Below the pieces are notes generated by a model. That model did not search any database. It saw nothing but the letters and a program-made list of their open reading frames with translations, and was not told the origin of the DNA. A DNA stretch of 64,000 nucleotides from contig CAYZFG010000003.1 in assembly GCA_964477665.1 (NCBI GenBank), forward strand, positions 16,776 through 80,775. Reading direction: 5' to 3'. The stretch is from an uncultured Staphylococcus sp. (GTDB lineage: Bacteria > Bacteroidota > Bacteroidia > Bacteroidales > Muribaculaceae). Shown one piece after another: positions 10,053 through 19,610 of the stretch. Each line of letters starts with the position of its first letter. Position 1 is the stretch's first letter. Both the position numbers and the translations under genes were made by a program.

Positions 10053-11525
10053 ATGAATAAACTTTTTTCAATCATAATCCTGAGCTTATTCGTCTGCATA
10101 AATTCTCATGCCGAGAATCATTACTACTATTACTATGGTGAAAAAGTACCGCTTACGGTAGACGAATCTCACGTTGTTGCAATCACGCCTAAGCAAGAAG
10201 GCGCTGATGTCAACGCAGCACTATCATCATCTGATTTTATTACAGTATCTGATTCCCGAAGCGATATTAAAGTTTACAATTCAGCCGTCGCAAGAAAAGT
10301 TGTGACTGAAAGCTCATGCTTTCACGAGTGTTATACGTCCTCCAAAAACGAAATGATTATACCTAATGGATATATTTACATTAAGCTAAAGCAGTCCTCT
10401 GACATCTCTCTCATTCACTCCCTTTCTGAAAAATACCACTATCAATTAATTGAGCAAAACGATTTTATGCCATTGTGGTATACCGTTATGGTCAGACCTG
10501 AATCAGGTGCAAGTTCGGTCAGTATCGCCAACCAATTATATGAAACCGGACTCTTTGCGTCATGCTGCCCGAGCTTTTCGATAGACGCTCGCGAAATCTC
10601 TTACGACCCTGACGTATATACACAATGGAATCTATATAACCCCGATTACGAAGGCATCGATATAGACGTAAGCAAGACATGGAGCTACTCTACCGGGCGA
10701 GGGATAAAAGTTGCTGTCATCGACGAAGGTATTGACCGCGAGCATATTGACCTTAAAGACAATATTGACCCGCTTTATTATAATACCGAGACAAAAACAG
10801 CGGATAGTGAAGTATATGGCAGTCATGGCACTCACTGCGCCGGTATTATCGGTGCCGTAAGAAACAACGGAGTTCAGATTTCCGGCGTTGCTCCTGATGT
10901 GAGTCTTATTTCTGTAAGTAGCAGCTTAAGTTTGGGTTCTCAACTGGAATCTAACCTCGCTGACGGTATCAATTGGGCTTGGAAAAATGGCGCGGATATA
11001 ATATCATGCTCTTGGCATTGTCGCAAGAACCCGGTCATAAAGGAAGCTATTGAAAATGCCACCACAATGGGGCGCGATGGTAAAGGTTGTGTGTTTGTAA
11101 AATCAGCCGGTAATACCACTACAGATAACCATAGCATCACTTATCTGGGTAATCTTAGCGAAGACGTTATTGCAGTATCCAATATTATGCCCAACGGGCT
11201 CATTTCGCCTTCTTCCTGTTATGGACCAAATCTTTTGGTATGTGCTCCCGGTACCGATATTTTATCGACCCTCCCATATAATAAAAACGGCTATAAGAGC
11301 GGCACTTCCATGGCCTGCCCCCATGTATCAGGTGTCGCAGCTCTCATTTTATCAATTAATCCCGCCTTAACCGCAAAGCAAGTTAGAGAAATAATTGCTA
11401 AAAGCGCAAAGAAAGTCGGCAATGATCCTTATGACTCCGTAAAGAAATATGGACTATGGAACTACCGTTATGGCTATGGATTAGTCGACGCTTATAATGC
11501 TGTATTACTTACCCCAAGATTCTAA
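10053..11525 (+). CDS. S8 subtilisin-like serine protease, signal peptide, no CTD
   Basis: VAVIDEG (Asp), HGTHCAG (His), KSAGN, GTSMACP (Ser), YGYGLVDA end. Confidence 0.92.
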   Translation: MNKLFSIIILSLFVCINSHAENHYYYYYGEKVPLTVDESHVVAITPKQEGADVNAALSSSDFITVSDSRSDIKVYNSAVARKVVTESSCFHECYTSSKNEMIIPNGYIYIKLKQSSDISLIHSLSEKYHYQLIEQNDFMPLWYTVMVRPESGASSVSIANQLYETGLFASCCPSFSIDAREISYDPDVYTQWNLYNPDYEGIDIDVSKTWSYSTGRGIKVAVIDEGIDREHIDLKDNIDPLYYNTETKTADSEVYGSHGTHCAGIIGAVRNNGVQISGVAPDVSLISVSSSLSLGSQLESNLADGINWAWKNGADIISCSWHCRKNPVIKEAIENATTMGRDGKGCVFVKSAGNTTTDNHSITYLGNLSEDVIAVSNIMPNGLISPSSCYGPNLLVCAPGTDILSTLPYNKNGYKSGTSMACPHVSGVAALILSINPALTAKQVREIIAKSAKKVGNDPYDSVKKYGLWNYRYGYGLVDAYNAVLLTPRF

Positions 11526-11540
11526 AAAATATTCTAAACT

Positions 11541-12494
11541 ATGAGACATCTTTTATTTCTTTCTATTATCTTAGCCTCTACTCTTCCCATATACAGTCTG
11601 CCCCCTGACATCATAGTGAGTGAGCCTGACGGGAATATCGGTGGACATGACTATGTAGACTTAGGGCTGCCCAGCGGATTACTCTGGGCCACAACCAACT
11701 TAGGCACTTCTTACCTTAGATCAACTGGACACCTTCTCGCTTGGGGCGAGATTGAGCCTCGGTACGAGTTTCCCCAAGAAACTTATGAATACTATCTTGG
11801 GCAGGAAAGTACATCTGACGGGTGCCGAGATTTATATAAAAATATCGGCAGTGACATCAGCGGAACCGAATATGATGCTGCGACGTACTATTGGGGAAAC
11901 GGTTGGAGGATGCCCCGAAAAAGCGAATTTGATGAGTTATTTGAATATTGCGACGTCATATGGTCGTACGAAAACCGGGCTTTCGGTTATAATTTCTTTG
12001 GACCTAATGGCAATAGTATTTTCTTATTTATCCCTCAATATGGAATATGTGTGGCTGAAGATGAATCAGAAACCGGATATTTCGAAGCATACTATTGGAC
12101 TGGAAATTCTGTTCCTGACAGTGATGATGATCATGATTACTCCGGACCTTACGCCTGTGCAGTTTTCGGTGATGATATTAGTTTCAAGAGGATAGATAAT
12201 TGCCCCAAATACGAAGGGGGAATAATTCGGCCGGTGATTGATCCTTCTTATGCCGGGTTCACATCTGTCACGCCGGACTCTGACATTCAGGTAATATCCA
12301 AAGACGGCCAAATATCCATTTCCGGAGGAAATAGCTCTTATAAAATAGAGCTGTTCAATCTCTCAGGTTCTGTCATATACTCGGGAAGTATCAGTCCTTC
12401 CTCCCCCATTGACGCCCCGACTGAATCCGGCTTCTACATCCTCAAGATTTCCGATGCAAACAAGATAGTTAAAGTTCAAAAAATCCGTCTTTAA
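11541..12494 (+). CDS. Secreted DUF1566/Fib_succ_major-like protein with T9SS CTD, copy 2
   Basis: Same length (317 aa) and colinear motifs with 9085..10038. Confidence 0.7.
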   Translation: MRHLLFLSIILASTLPIYSLPPDIIVSEPDGNIGGHDYVDLGLPSGLLWATTNLGTSYLRSTGHLLAWGEIEPRYEFPQETYEYYLGQESTSDGCRDLYKNIGSDISGTEYDAATYYWGNGWRMPRKSEFDELFEYCDVIWSYENRAFGYNFFGPNGNSIFLFIPQYGICVAEDESETGYFEAYYWTGNSVPDSDDDHDYSGPYACAVFGDDISFKRIDNCPKYEGGIIRPVIDPSYAGFTSVTPDSDIQVISKDGQISISGGNSSYKIELFNLSGSVIYSGSISPSSPIDAPTESGFYILKISDANKIVKVQKIRL

Positions 12495-12627
12495 CCTCTA
12501 CCGGGCTCGCTTATTCTATTAATTCGCCAATAACTAAGAATACTCGGCCGCCGATATTTTCGGCTGATGTCCCTCTATTTTTCACGGAAAATTTGTATCT
12601 TTGCATATTAGACTTTTTGTGACTAAA

Positions 12628-14610
12628 ATGGCAGAAGATATTACCGACCTCATCACCGACGACTTTGCCGCTCCCGAAGTGAACGGCTCTGAAAATTATA
12701 CCGAAGACGATATTAAGACTCTCTCGTGGAACGAACATATCCGCGAGCGCCCCGGCATGTATATAGGCAACCTCGGCGACGGCTCTTACAGCGACGACGG
12801 TATCTATGTGCTCCTCAAGGAAGTACTCGATAATTCGGTCGACGAATACATGATGGGATTCGGCAAAACAATCGTGGTGGATGTGGACGATTACACGGTA
12901 AGTGTGCGCGACAATGGCCGCGGTATCCCCTTGGGCAAACTCGTCGAGGCTACCTCGCGCATGAACACCGGCGGTAAATATGACGGCAAGGCGTTCAAGA
13001 AATCCGTGGGTCTCAACGGCGTGGGTATCAAGGCAGTAAATGCCTTATCGTCACGCATGGAGGTGACTTCGGTGCGCGACGGCATGAAGAAGACCGTCGT
13101 CTATTCCTGCGGCGACATCCTTGAGGAATCGCCCATCGAGGAGACCGACGAGCCTTCGGGTACCTTCGTGAAATTTACGCCCGACGCGTCGATTTTCCGC
13201 AACTACCGCTTCCGCATGGAATTTATCACTCCGCTTATCAAGAACTATGCCTACCTCAATACCGGCATGGTCATCATCCTCAACGGCCAGCGATTCTCGT
13301 CGCGCAACGGTCTGCTCGACCTGCTCCGCGACTCCATCACCATGGATCAGCTCTACGAGCCTATCCACCTCAAGGGCGACGATATTGAGATAGCTTTCAC
13401 TCACACTGATCAGCGTGGCGAGGAGTATCACACGTTTGTCAACGGGCAAAACACCACTCAGGGCGGTACTCACCTTGCGGCCTTCAAGGAGGCTGTGGCG
13501 CGCACGCTTAAAGACTTTTTTGACCGCAACTTCGAGCCGGGCGATATTCGCAACGGTATCGTGGCCGCACTCTCCATCAAGATACAAGCTCCTATTTTCG
13601 AGGGTCAGACCAAGACCAAACTCACCTCGCGCGACATGGAACCCGACGGCCCGACGGTGAACAAGTTTGTCAACGATTTCATCAAGAAGGAGCTCGACAA
13701 CTATCTCCACCGCAATCTCGACGTATCGCAGGTGATACTCAAGAAGGTACAGGAGAGCGAAAAGGAGCGCAAGTCGCTCTCGGTAGTCACCAAAGTGGCT
13801 CGCGAGAAGGCCAAGAAGGTCAATCTCCATAACAAGAAGCTGCTCGACTGCCGCGTGCACCTCAACGATCCCAAGGGTCCCGAAGAGAAGAAACTCGAAA
13901 GCTCGATTTTCATCACCGAGGGTGACTCGGCCGCCGGCTCTATCACCAAGATCCGCGACGTAGAGACTCAGGCCGTGTTCTCGCTCCGAGGCAAGCCCAA
14001 AAATTCCTACGGCGTCCCCGAAAAAATCCTTTACGAAAACGACGAGTTCAACCTCCTGCAGGCTGCGCTCAACATCGAGGAGGGCATCGACGGATTGCGC
14101 TACAACAAGGTAATCATCGCCACGGATGCTGATGTCGACGGCATGCACATCCGCCTGCTGTTGCTCACCTTCTTCCTCCAGTATTTCCCCGAGATGGTGA
14201 AGAAAGGTCACCTCTACGTACTCCAGACCCCCCTCTTCCGCGTGCGCAACCGCAAGACCTCCAAGCGCGGCGCAAAGGCATCGAAAAGTCCTAAAGATAA
14301 AGACCCTAAAGACCCTAAAGACCCTAAAGAAACCGACACCTACTACTGCTACACCGACGAAGAACGCATCTCGGCCATCAACCGCTTAGGTGTCAATGCT
14401 GAAATCACCCGATTCAAAGGTCTCGGCGAAATTTCGCCCGACGAGTTCAAGGGCTTCATCGGCCCCGACATGCGCCTTGACCGCGTTCAGCTCCGCAAGG
14501 ATGATGCCGTAGCCCGCCTGCTGGAGTTTTACATGGGCAAAAACACCCTTGAGCGCCAGGGATTTATCATTAAAAACCTCGTAGTAGAAGATGATTCCGA
14601 GATTTCCTGA
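12628..14610 (+). CDS. parE: DNA topoisomerase IV subunit B
   Basis: [37 protein letters not shown]; start moved to ATG 12628 after TATCTTTG (12596-12603). Confidence 0.92.
   Translation: MAEDITDLITDDFAAPEVNGSENYTEDDIKTLSWNEHIRERPGMYIGNLGDGSYSDDGIYVLLKEVLDNSVDEYMMGFGKTIVVDVDDYTVSVRDNGRGIPLGKLVEATSRMNTGGKYDGKAFKKSVGLNGVGIKAVNALSSRMEVTSVRDGMKKTVVYSCGDILEESPIEETDEPSGTFVKFTPDASIFRNYRFRMEFITPLIKNYAYLNTGMVIILNGQRFSSRNGLLDLLRDSITMDQLYEPIHLKGDDIEIAFTHTDQRGEEYHTFVNGQNTTQGGTHLAAFKEAVARTLKDFFDRNFEPGDIRNGIVAALSIKIQAPIFEGQTKTKLTSRDMEPDGPTVNKFVNDFIKKELDNYLHRNLDVSQVILKKVQESEKERKSLSVVTKVAREKAKKVNLHNKKLLDCRVHLNDPKGPEEKKLESSIFITEGDSAAGSITKIRDVETQAVFSLRGKPKNSYGVPEKILYENDEFNLLQAALNIEEGIDGLRYNKVIIATDADVDGMHIRLLLLTFFLQYFPEMVKKGHLYVLQTPLFRVRNRKTSKRGAKASKSPKDKDPKDPKDPKETDTYYCYTDEERISAINRLGVNAEITRFKGLGEISPDEFKGFIGPDMRLDRVQLRKDDAVARLLEFYMGKNTLERQGFIIKNLVVEDDSEIS
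14290..14330 (+). repeat. In-frame 9-bp tandem repeat (aaagaccct)x3 encoding KDP repeats in ParE
   Basis: Perfect units at 14299-14325 plus partial flanking units. Confidence 0.9.
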
Positions 14611-15070
14611 AACTGACATTGAGGAGCGCATCGTGCTCTTCCCGGGCACGTTCGACCCTTTCACTATCGGTCACAAGTCGCTGGTCGACCGCGCATTACC
14701 GCTCTTTGACCGCATCATCATAGCTGTGGGCGAAAACGACGCCAAGTCGTCGGTCGTGCCGGTCGACGATCGCATCGACGCCATCGCCCGCCTCTATGGC
14801 GACGATCCCCGCGTGGAGGTTATAGCCTACTCCGGCCTCACGGTCGATGCCTGCCGTCAGCACCAGGCCCGCTGGATACTGCGCGGTGTGCGCTCGGTGA
14901 CCGACTTTGAATACGAGCGCGCGATGGCCGACGTCAACCGCCGCATCGCCGGCATCGAGACCGTGATTCTCTACTCCCTCCCCGAGCTGGCTTCGATCAG
15001 TTCGTCGGTGGTAAGGGAGCTCGAAAAATATGATTACGACACTTCAGAGTTCATACCTCATTCCTATTGA
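14591..15070 (+). CDS. coaD: Pantetheine-phosphate adenylyltransferase
   Basis: [16 protein letters not shown]...[13 protein letters not shown]. Confidence 0.93.
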   Translation: MIPRFPETDIEERIVLFPGTFDPFTIGHKSLVDRALPLFDRIIIAVGENDAKSSVVPVDDRIDAIARLYGDDPRVEVIAYSGLTVDACRQHQARWILRGVRSVTDFEYERAMADVNRRIAGIETVILYSLPELASISSSVVRELEKYDYDTSEFIPHSY

Positions 15071-16683
15071 TGAAACGTTTATTACCTCTTATACTGATAT
15101 TTATCTCCGTCGCAGCTGCCTCGGTGCAGCTCCGCGGCGATGACATAGACCACGGCCGCTTTCCCGCCGAGCGCAAGTTGCGCCTGGCCGAGGCCGTGAT
15201 TGAAAATTATTATGTAGATTCGGTGGATGCCGACAAGATGGTGGAGCAGGCCATTATAGCCATGCTCAAGACCCTTGACCCCCACTCGGCATATTCCACC
15301 GCCGAAGAAACTCGCCAGCTCAATGAGCCGCTTGAAGGCAACTTCTCGGGCATAGGCGTGCGCTTCCAGATGCTCAACGATACGCTTTATGTCATCGAGA
15401 CCATCCCCGGTGGCCCCTCGGAGCAGGTGGGAATACTGCCGGGCGACCGCATCCTTGAGTGCAACGACACGGTCATAGCCGGCGTGAAGATGAAAAACAA
15501 CGACATCATGAAGATACTCCGCGGCCCGCGCGATACTCAGGCCGTGCTTAAGGTAAAGCGCCGCGGTGTGGATGACGTGATTACCTTCAATGTCACCCGA
15601 CGTGACATTCCCATCAACAGTGTCGACGCCTGGTTTATGGCCGATGCCACTACCGGCGTGGTCGTGGTATCGCGCTTTGCCGAAAATACCCCCTCCGAGC
15701 TTCGCGATGCTATCGCAGCCATGAAGAAAAAGGGGATGAAACAACTCATTATCGACCTCACCGGTAACTCGGGCGGATACCTCCGCTCGGCCTACGAGAT
15801 GGCCAATATGTTTCTCCACAAGGGTGATTTACTGGTGTTTACCGACGCGCCCCGCCTGGGCCGCACCGACTACGTGGCTGAGGAGGACGGCATAATGCTC
15901 GACGCTCCCGTGGTAGTGATGGTCGACCAATATTCTGCCTCGGCTGCCGAAATCCTCGCCGGCGCTATTCAGGATAATGACCGCGGCGTAATCGTGGGTC
16001 GACGCACTTTCGGCAAGGGCCTCGTGCAGCGTCCGTTCCCGTTCCCCGACGGGTCTATGATGCGACTGACAGTGTCGAAATACTACACCCCCTCAGGCCG
16101 TTGCATCCAGAAGCCCTACGTGGCCGGAGATCCTGAAAGCTATTATCATGACATCGCTGACCGCTACAACAACGGCGAACTTCTCAACGCCGATTCCTCT
16201 TATCATTACGCCGACTCGCTTCTCTACCGCACTCTCCGCAACGGTCGCCCGGTCTACGGTGGCGGTGGCATCATGCCCGATGTCTACGTGCCCCTCGACA
16301 CCACTTTCTACACTCCTTACTACCGCGACATCGTGGCCAAAGGGGTGCTCAATAAGTTTTGCGTGACCTACGTGGAAGATCACCGCGCGTCGATGCTGAA
16401 ATCTTACCCGAAAGTGGAAAACTACATCGACCGCTTCGACGCCGGCAAGGAAATAATGCAGTCGCTCGTCGACGCCGCTACGGCTGAGGGTATAGAATTT
16501 AATCAGGAGCAATATGACCGCTCTGCGCCTTATCTCGCCAATGTGGTCAAGGCACTGATAGGCCGCGACCTCTACGGTCAGGACACATACTACCGCGTTG
16601 CCTATCTCAACAACCCTATCTTCCTTAAAGCCAAAGAAATAATCAACTCACCCGATAAATATACCTTAATACTGAACCCATGA
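15067..16683 (+). CDS. S41 C-terminal processing peptidase (PDZ + CtpA-like)
   Basis: LDPHS, GIGV PDZ loop, DLxGNxGGYL, SASAAE, TFGKG. Confidence 0.9.
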   Translation: MMKRLLPLILIFISVAAASVQLRGDDIDHGRFPAERKLRLAEAVIENYYVDSVDADKMVEQAIIAMLKTLDPHSAYSTAEETRQLNEPLEGNFSGIGVRFQMLNDTLYVIETIPGGPSEQVGILPGDRILECNDTVIAGVKMKNNDIMKILRGPRDTQAVLKVKRRGVDDVITFNVTRRDIPINSVDAWFMADATTGVVVVSRFAENTPSELRDAIAAMKKKGMKQLIIDLTGNSGGYLRSAYEMANMFLHKGDLLVFTDAPRLGRTDYVAEEDGIMLDAPVVVMVDQYSASAAEILAGAIQDNDRGVIVGRRTFGKGLVQRPFPFPDGSMMRLTVSKYYTPSGRCIQKPYVAGDPESYYHDIADRYNNGELLNADSSYHYADSLLYRTLRNGRPVYGGGGIMPDVYVPLDTTFYTPYYRDIVAKGVLNKFCVTYVEDHRASMLKSYPKVENYIDRFDAGKEIMQSLVDAATAEGIEFNQEQYDRSAPYLANVVKALIGRDLYGQDTYYRVAYLNNPIFLKAKEIINSPDKYTLILNP

Positions 16684-16997
16684 CACGATTTGCTTTCAAA
16701 ATGTACCTCAAGCCCGGATGCGAGGAGGAGTATCAGCGCCGCCACGCAGCTCTGTGGCCCGAACTCCGCGAGCGCATCACTCAGAGCGGTGTGAAAAATT
16801 ATTCTATCTTCTGGGACAAGGACACCAACATCCTCTTCGGCTATCAGGAAGTGGAGGGCGACTCCAATTCGCAGGACGCCGAGGCCGCCGACGAAATCAC
16901 CCGCCGCTGGTGGGACTATATGGCCGACATCATGGAGGTCAATCCCGATAACTCCCCCGTCACCCACCCCATCCGCGAGGTCTTCCATCTCGATTGA
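16680..16997 (+). CDS. rhaM: L-rhamnose mutarotase
   Basis: EYQRRHAALWPE, NYSIF, RWWDYMADIM, EVFHLD. Confidence 0.9.
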   Translation: MTRFAFKMYLKPGCEEEYQRRHAALWPELRERITQSGVKNYSIFWDKDTNILFGYQEVEGDSNSQDAEAADEITRRWWDYMADIMEVNPDNSPVTHPIREVFHLD

Positions 16998-17014
16998 AAC
17001 ATCACCCCACTTAT

Positions 17015-17057
17015 AATCACCCGGCGGCAGGATTATTCTGTCGCCGGGTGATTTTTT
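17015..17057 (+). terminator. Intrinsic terminator after rhaM
   Basis: aatcacccggcggcag / ctgtcgccgggtgatt stem plus T-run. Confidence 0.8.
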
Positions 17058-17157
17058 GCGGTTTATCATTGTGTATTGACATATTGTTATTATCTTTGTA
17101 TCGGAGAAATTTGTTGATTTTTCTCCACCTCATGTCACCTATGCCCGATAAATACCA

Positions 17158-17919
17158 ATGAATAAACTGATTACACTTATCCTCATCATGACCGCAACCC
17201 TCTTTTCAGCCTCGGCAAAGCAGGTTGAAACCGATATTGACGGCTCACCCCTTATTGTATTTTCACCCGATACGGGGCGAGTGGATAAGGCGGTATTGAT
17301 ACTTCCGGGCGGTGGCTACACCCATCTCGCCATGCAGCACGAGGGTACTGACTGGGCCGGGTGGTTCAACGAGCGCGGCGTCGCGGCAGCAGTTTTCGCT
17401 TACCCCATGCCTGAGGGTGACTCGGCAAAGCCCCTCGCGGCTGTAAGAAAAGCCCTCGCATTCATGCGCGACTCGGTGGAATGCGACAGGATTGGTATCA
17501 TGGGCTCGTCGGCCGGCGGTCATCTCGCTTCCACTGCCGCCACCCATCTCTCAGCCGAGGAGCGTCCGGCGTTTCAGATTCTTTTCTACCCGGTCATCAC
17601 CATGGATTCCACCCTCACCCATCAGGGCAGCCGCCGGAATCTGCTCGGCGAGAATCCCGCTCACATGCTTGTCGCTGAGTACAGCAACGAATCTCGCGTT
17701 GACTCTGCTACCCCTGTGGCATTTATCACGCTGAGCGGCGATGACAAGGCAGTCCCGCCGGCCAACTCGCTCCGCTATTACACAGCACTACAATCACTCG
17801 GCATCCCCGCGTCGCTCCACGTGTATCCCACCGGAGGCCACGGCTGGGGATTCCGTAACAATTTCAAATATCATAACCAAATGCTTGCCGAGCTTTCACG
17901 CTGGCTCGAAACACTCTGA
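17158..17919 (+). CDS. Secreted alpha/beta-hydrolase (carbohydrate esterase-like)
   Basis: PGGGY, GSSAGG nucleophile elbow, D-x-x-V, HGWG. Confidence 0.8.
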   Translation: MNKLITLILIMTATLFSASAKQVETDIDGSPLIVFSPDTGRVDKAVLILPGGGYTHLAMQHEGTDWAGWFNERGVAAAVFAYPMPEGDSAKPLAAVRKALAFMRDSVECDRIGIMGSSAGGHLASTAATHLSAEERPAFQILFYPVITMDSTLTHQGSRRNLLGENPAHMLVAEYSNESRVDSATPVAFITLSGDDKAVPPANSLRYYTALQSLGIPASLHVYPTGGHGWGFRNNFKYHNQMLAELSRWLETL

Positions 17920-17921
17920 CC

Positions 17922-19133
17922 ATGAAACGTAATTTCTCACTTCTCTTTGCAGCCGCTGCCCTCAGCGCCTCGGCTGCCGGCCTTGAAGTAAAAATCGAAA
18001 ATCCGCTCGACGCTCCCCGCACAGCTGTGCCCGTCACTGTCAATCTCCACGAATATGCCCCGGACATGAATCCCGCCGGAGCGGTGGTGACCATCAATGG
18101 CGAGGTAATCCCATGTCAGATCGACGACCTCGACGCCGACGGAGTGGCCGACGAACTCGTATTCGTCACCGACATCGCAGCACGTGGCACCGTCACAGCT
18201 CTCGTAGAACTCACTGAAGCTCCTTCGGCCACTGTTTTTGAGCCCAAGACTTACGCTTACATCAAGCTCCGCGACGAGAAAAAGAAATACCCCAAGGTGG
18301 TAGCCGTGGAGTTCCCCGGCGACGCCGATACCCGCACCATGTATAACTCCATCTATGGTCACGGCGCCGTGATGGAGGGCCTCTACAACGCCATCCGCAT
18401 CTATATGGACAATCGCCAGAGCGTGGATGTCTACGGCAAGAATACCAAGCAGCTCGAAATGGACGTGACCGGCTTCTACACCACCCCCGAGCAGCTCTCG
18501 GCCGGTTATGGTCACGACATTCTCTGGGCCGGCCAGTCGGTAGCCGCCGGCTCATTCCGCGGCTATCAGAACGGCACTCCCGTCTACATCGACAGCGTAG
18601 CCTCGCGCGGCCAGCGTGTAGTGGTTTCGGGTCCCGTGCGCTCTATCGTGAGAATCGACGACCACGGCTGGAATTATAATGGTACCCGCCACGATATGAG
18701 CCAGTTCTACACTCTGTGGGCTGACCACCGCGACTATGATGTGGATGTATATATTAAAGGTACCACCGAGGCCGACGTCTATGCCACCGGTGTGCAGAAG
18801 ATGGAGAGCGACAACACCGGATTCGTGCAGCCCGACGGTCTGGCCGGATGCTGGGGCAGCAACATCCCTGAAAAGAAGTATGCTGACCTCGTGGAATGGG
18901 TCGGACTGGGTGTGAGCGTTGATCCCGCTTCACTTGCCGGCACGGCTGAGGATGAGGTGAATTACCTCACCTTTGTAGCCCCTGATGCTCAGGGCCATAT
19001 CTCTTACGGCATCAACATCGCCTCGGCCCGCGAGGATGGCGGATTTAAGGATGCCGCAGCATGGAATAAGCACCTCCACGACTGGCACGCCGCCCGCCTC
19101 AATCCCTGCAAAATCACAGTAACCCGCAAATAA
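17922..19133 (+). CDS. DUF4861-like pectin-locus protein
   Basis: Signal peptide; RIYMDNRQSVDVYGK and GHDIL...S segments recalled from DUF4861; pectin context. Confidence 0.55.
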   Translation: MKRNFSLLFAAAALSASAAGLEVKIENPLDAPRTAVPVTVNLHEYAPDMNPAGAVVTINGEVIPCQIDDLDADGVADELVFVTDIAARGTVTALVELTEAPSATVFEPKTYAYIKLRDEKKKYPKVVAVEFPGDADTRTMYNSIYGHGAVMEGLYNAIRIYMDNRQSVDVYGKNTKQLEMDVTGFYTTPEQLSAGYGHDILWAGQSVAAGSFRGYQNGTPVYIDSVASRGQRVVVSGPVRSIVRIDDHGWNYNGTRHDMSQFYTLWADHRDYDVDVYIKGTTEADVYATGVQKMESDNTGFVQPDGLAGCWGSNIPEKKYADLVEWVGLGVSVDPASLAGTAEDEVNYLTFVAPDAQGHISYGINIASAREDGGFKDAAAWNKHLHDWHAARLNPCKITVTRK

Positions 19134-19158
19134 TCAACAAAACCTTAATAACAACACA

Positions 19159-19605
19159 GTGAAACTTAAATCATTATCCCTCGCCCTGCTCATGATGGCG
19201 GCAGGGGCGACCCCGGCGCTGGCCGATGCCGTGCTTACCGTCAACGGTCAGCAGGTGCAGAAGTCAGTGACCCGCGTGACTTTTGACGGCGACAAAGTCA
19301 ATGTGACCTACGGCGATAACTCATCGTCGCAGCACGATATGGCCGATGTCGCATTCTCGTTCACTTCTTCGTCGGGCATCGATGCCGTGTCGTCGTTTGG
19401 CACACTGGCCGTGACCGTAGGAAATCAGCTCGCAGTGAGCGGTGTGGCTCCCGGCTGCACGCTTCAGGTATTTGACGTGCGCGGCCGCCTCGTAGCTCAG
19501 GCTCAGGCGGTTGCCAATGAATGCACCGTAGAAGTATCTCACCTCGAAGGGGGTGTCTACATTCTCAAGGCAGGTAAGGAAATCGTGAAATTCATCAAAC
19601 GCTGA
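19159..19605 (+). CDS. Small secreted protein: ~45-aa beta domain plus T9SS type A CTD
   Basis: GTG start, signal peptide, SGID linker, VFDVRG...GVYILK...KFIK. Confidence 0.7.
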   Translation: MKLKSLSLALLMMAAGATPALADAVLTVNGQQVQKSVTRVTFDGDKVNVTYGDNSSSQHDMADVAFSFTSSSGIDAVSSFGTLAVTVGNQLAVSGVAPGCTLQVFDVRGRLVAQAQAVANECTVEVSHLEGGVYILKAGKEIVKFIKR

Positions 19606-19610
19606 CCATT

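Larger units (their letters stand above)
8877..12560. mobile_element. AT-rich 3.7-kb insert bounded by 16-bp direct repeats
   Basis: cggccgccgatatttt at 8877-8892 and 12545-12560; GC drop between them; no integrase inside. Confidence 0.55.

Noticed and set aside
9085-12494. Diversity-generating retroelement (DUF1566-like targets with similar 3' regions)
   Set aside because: Differences between the paralogs are not adenine-specific (e.g. gct/gtt, tac/tat, ggt/ggg), both copies are full genes, and no reverse transcriptase or template repeat is in the window.
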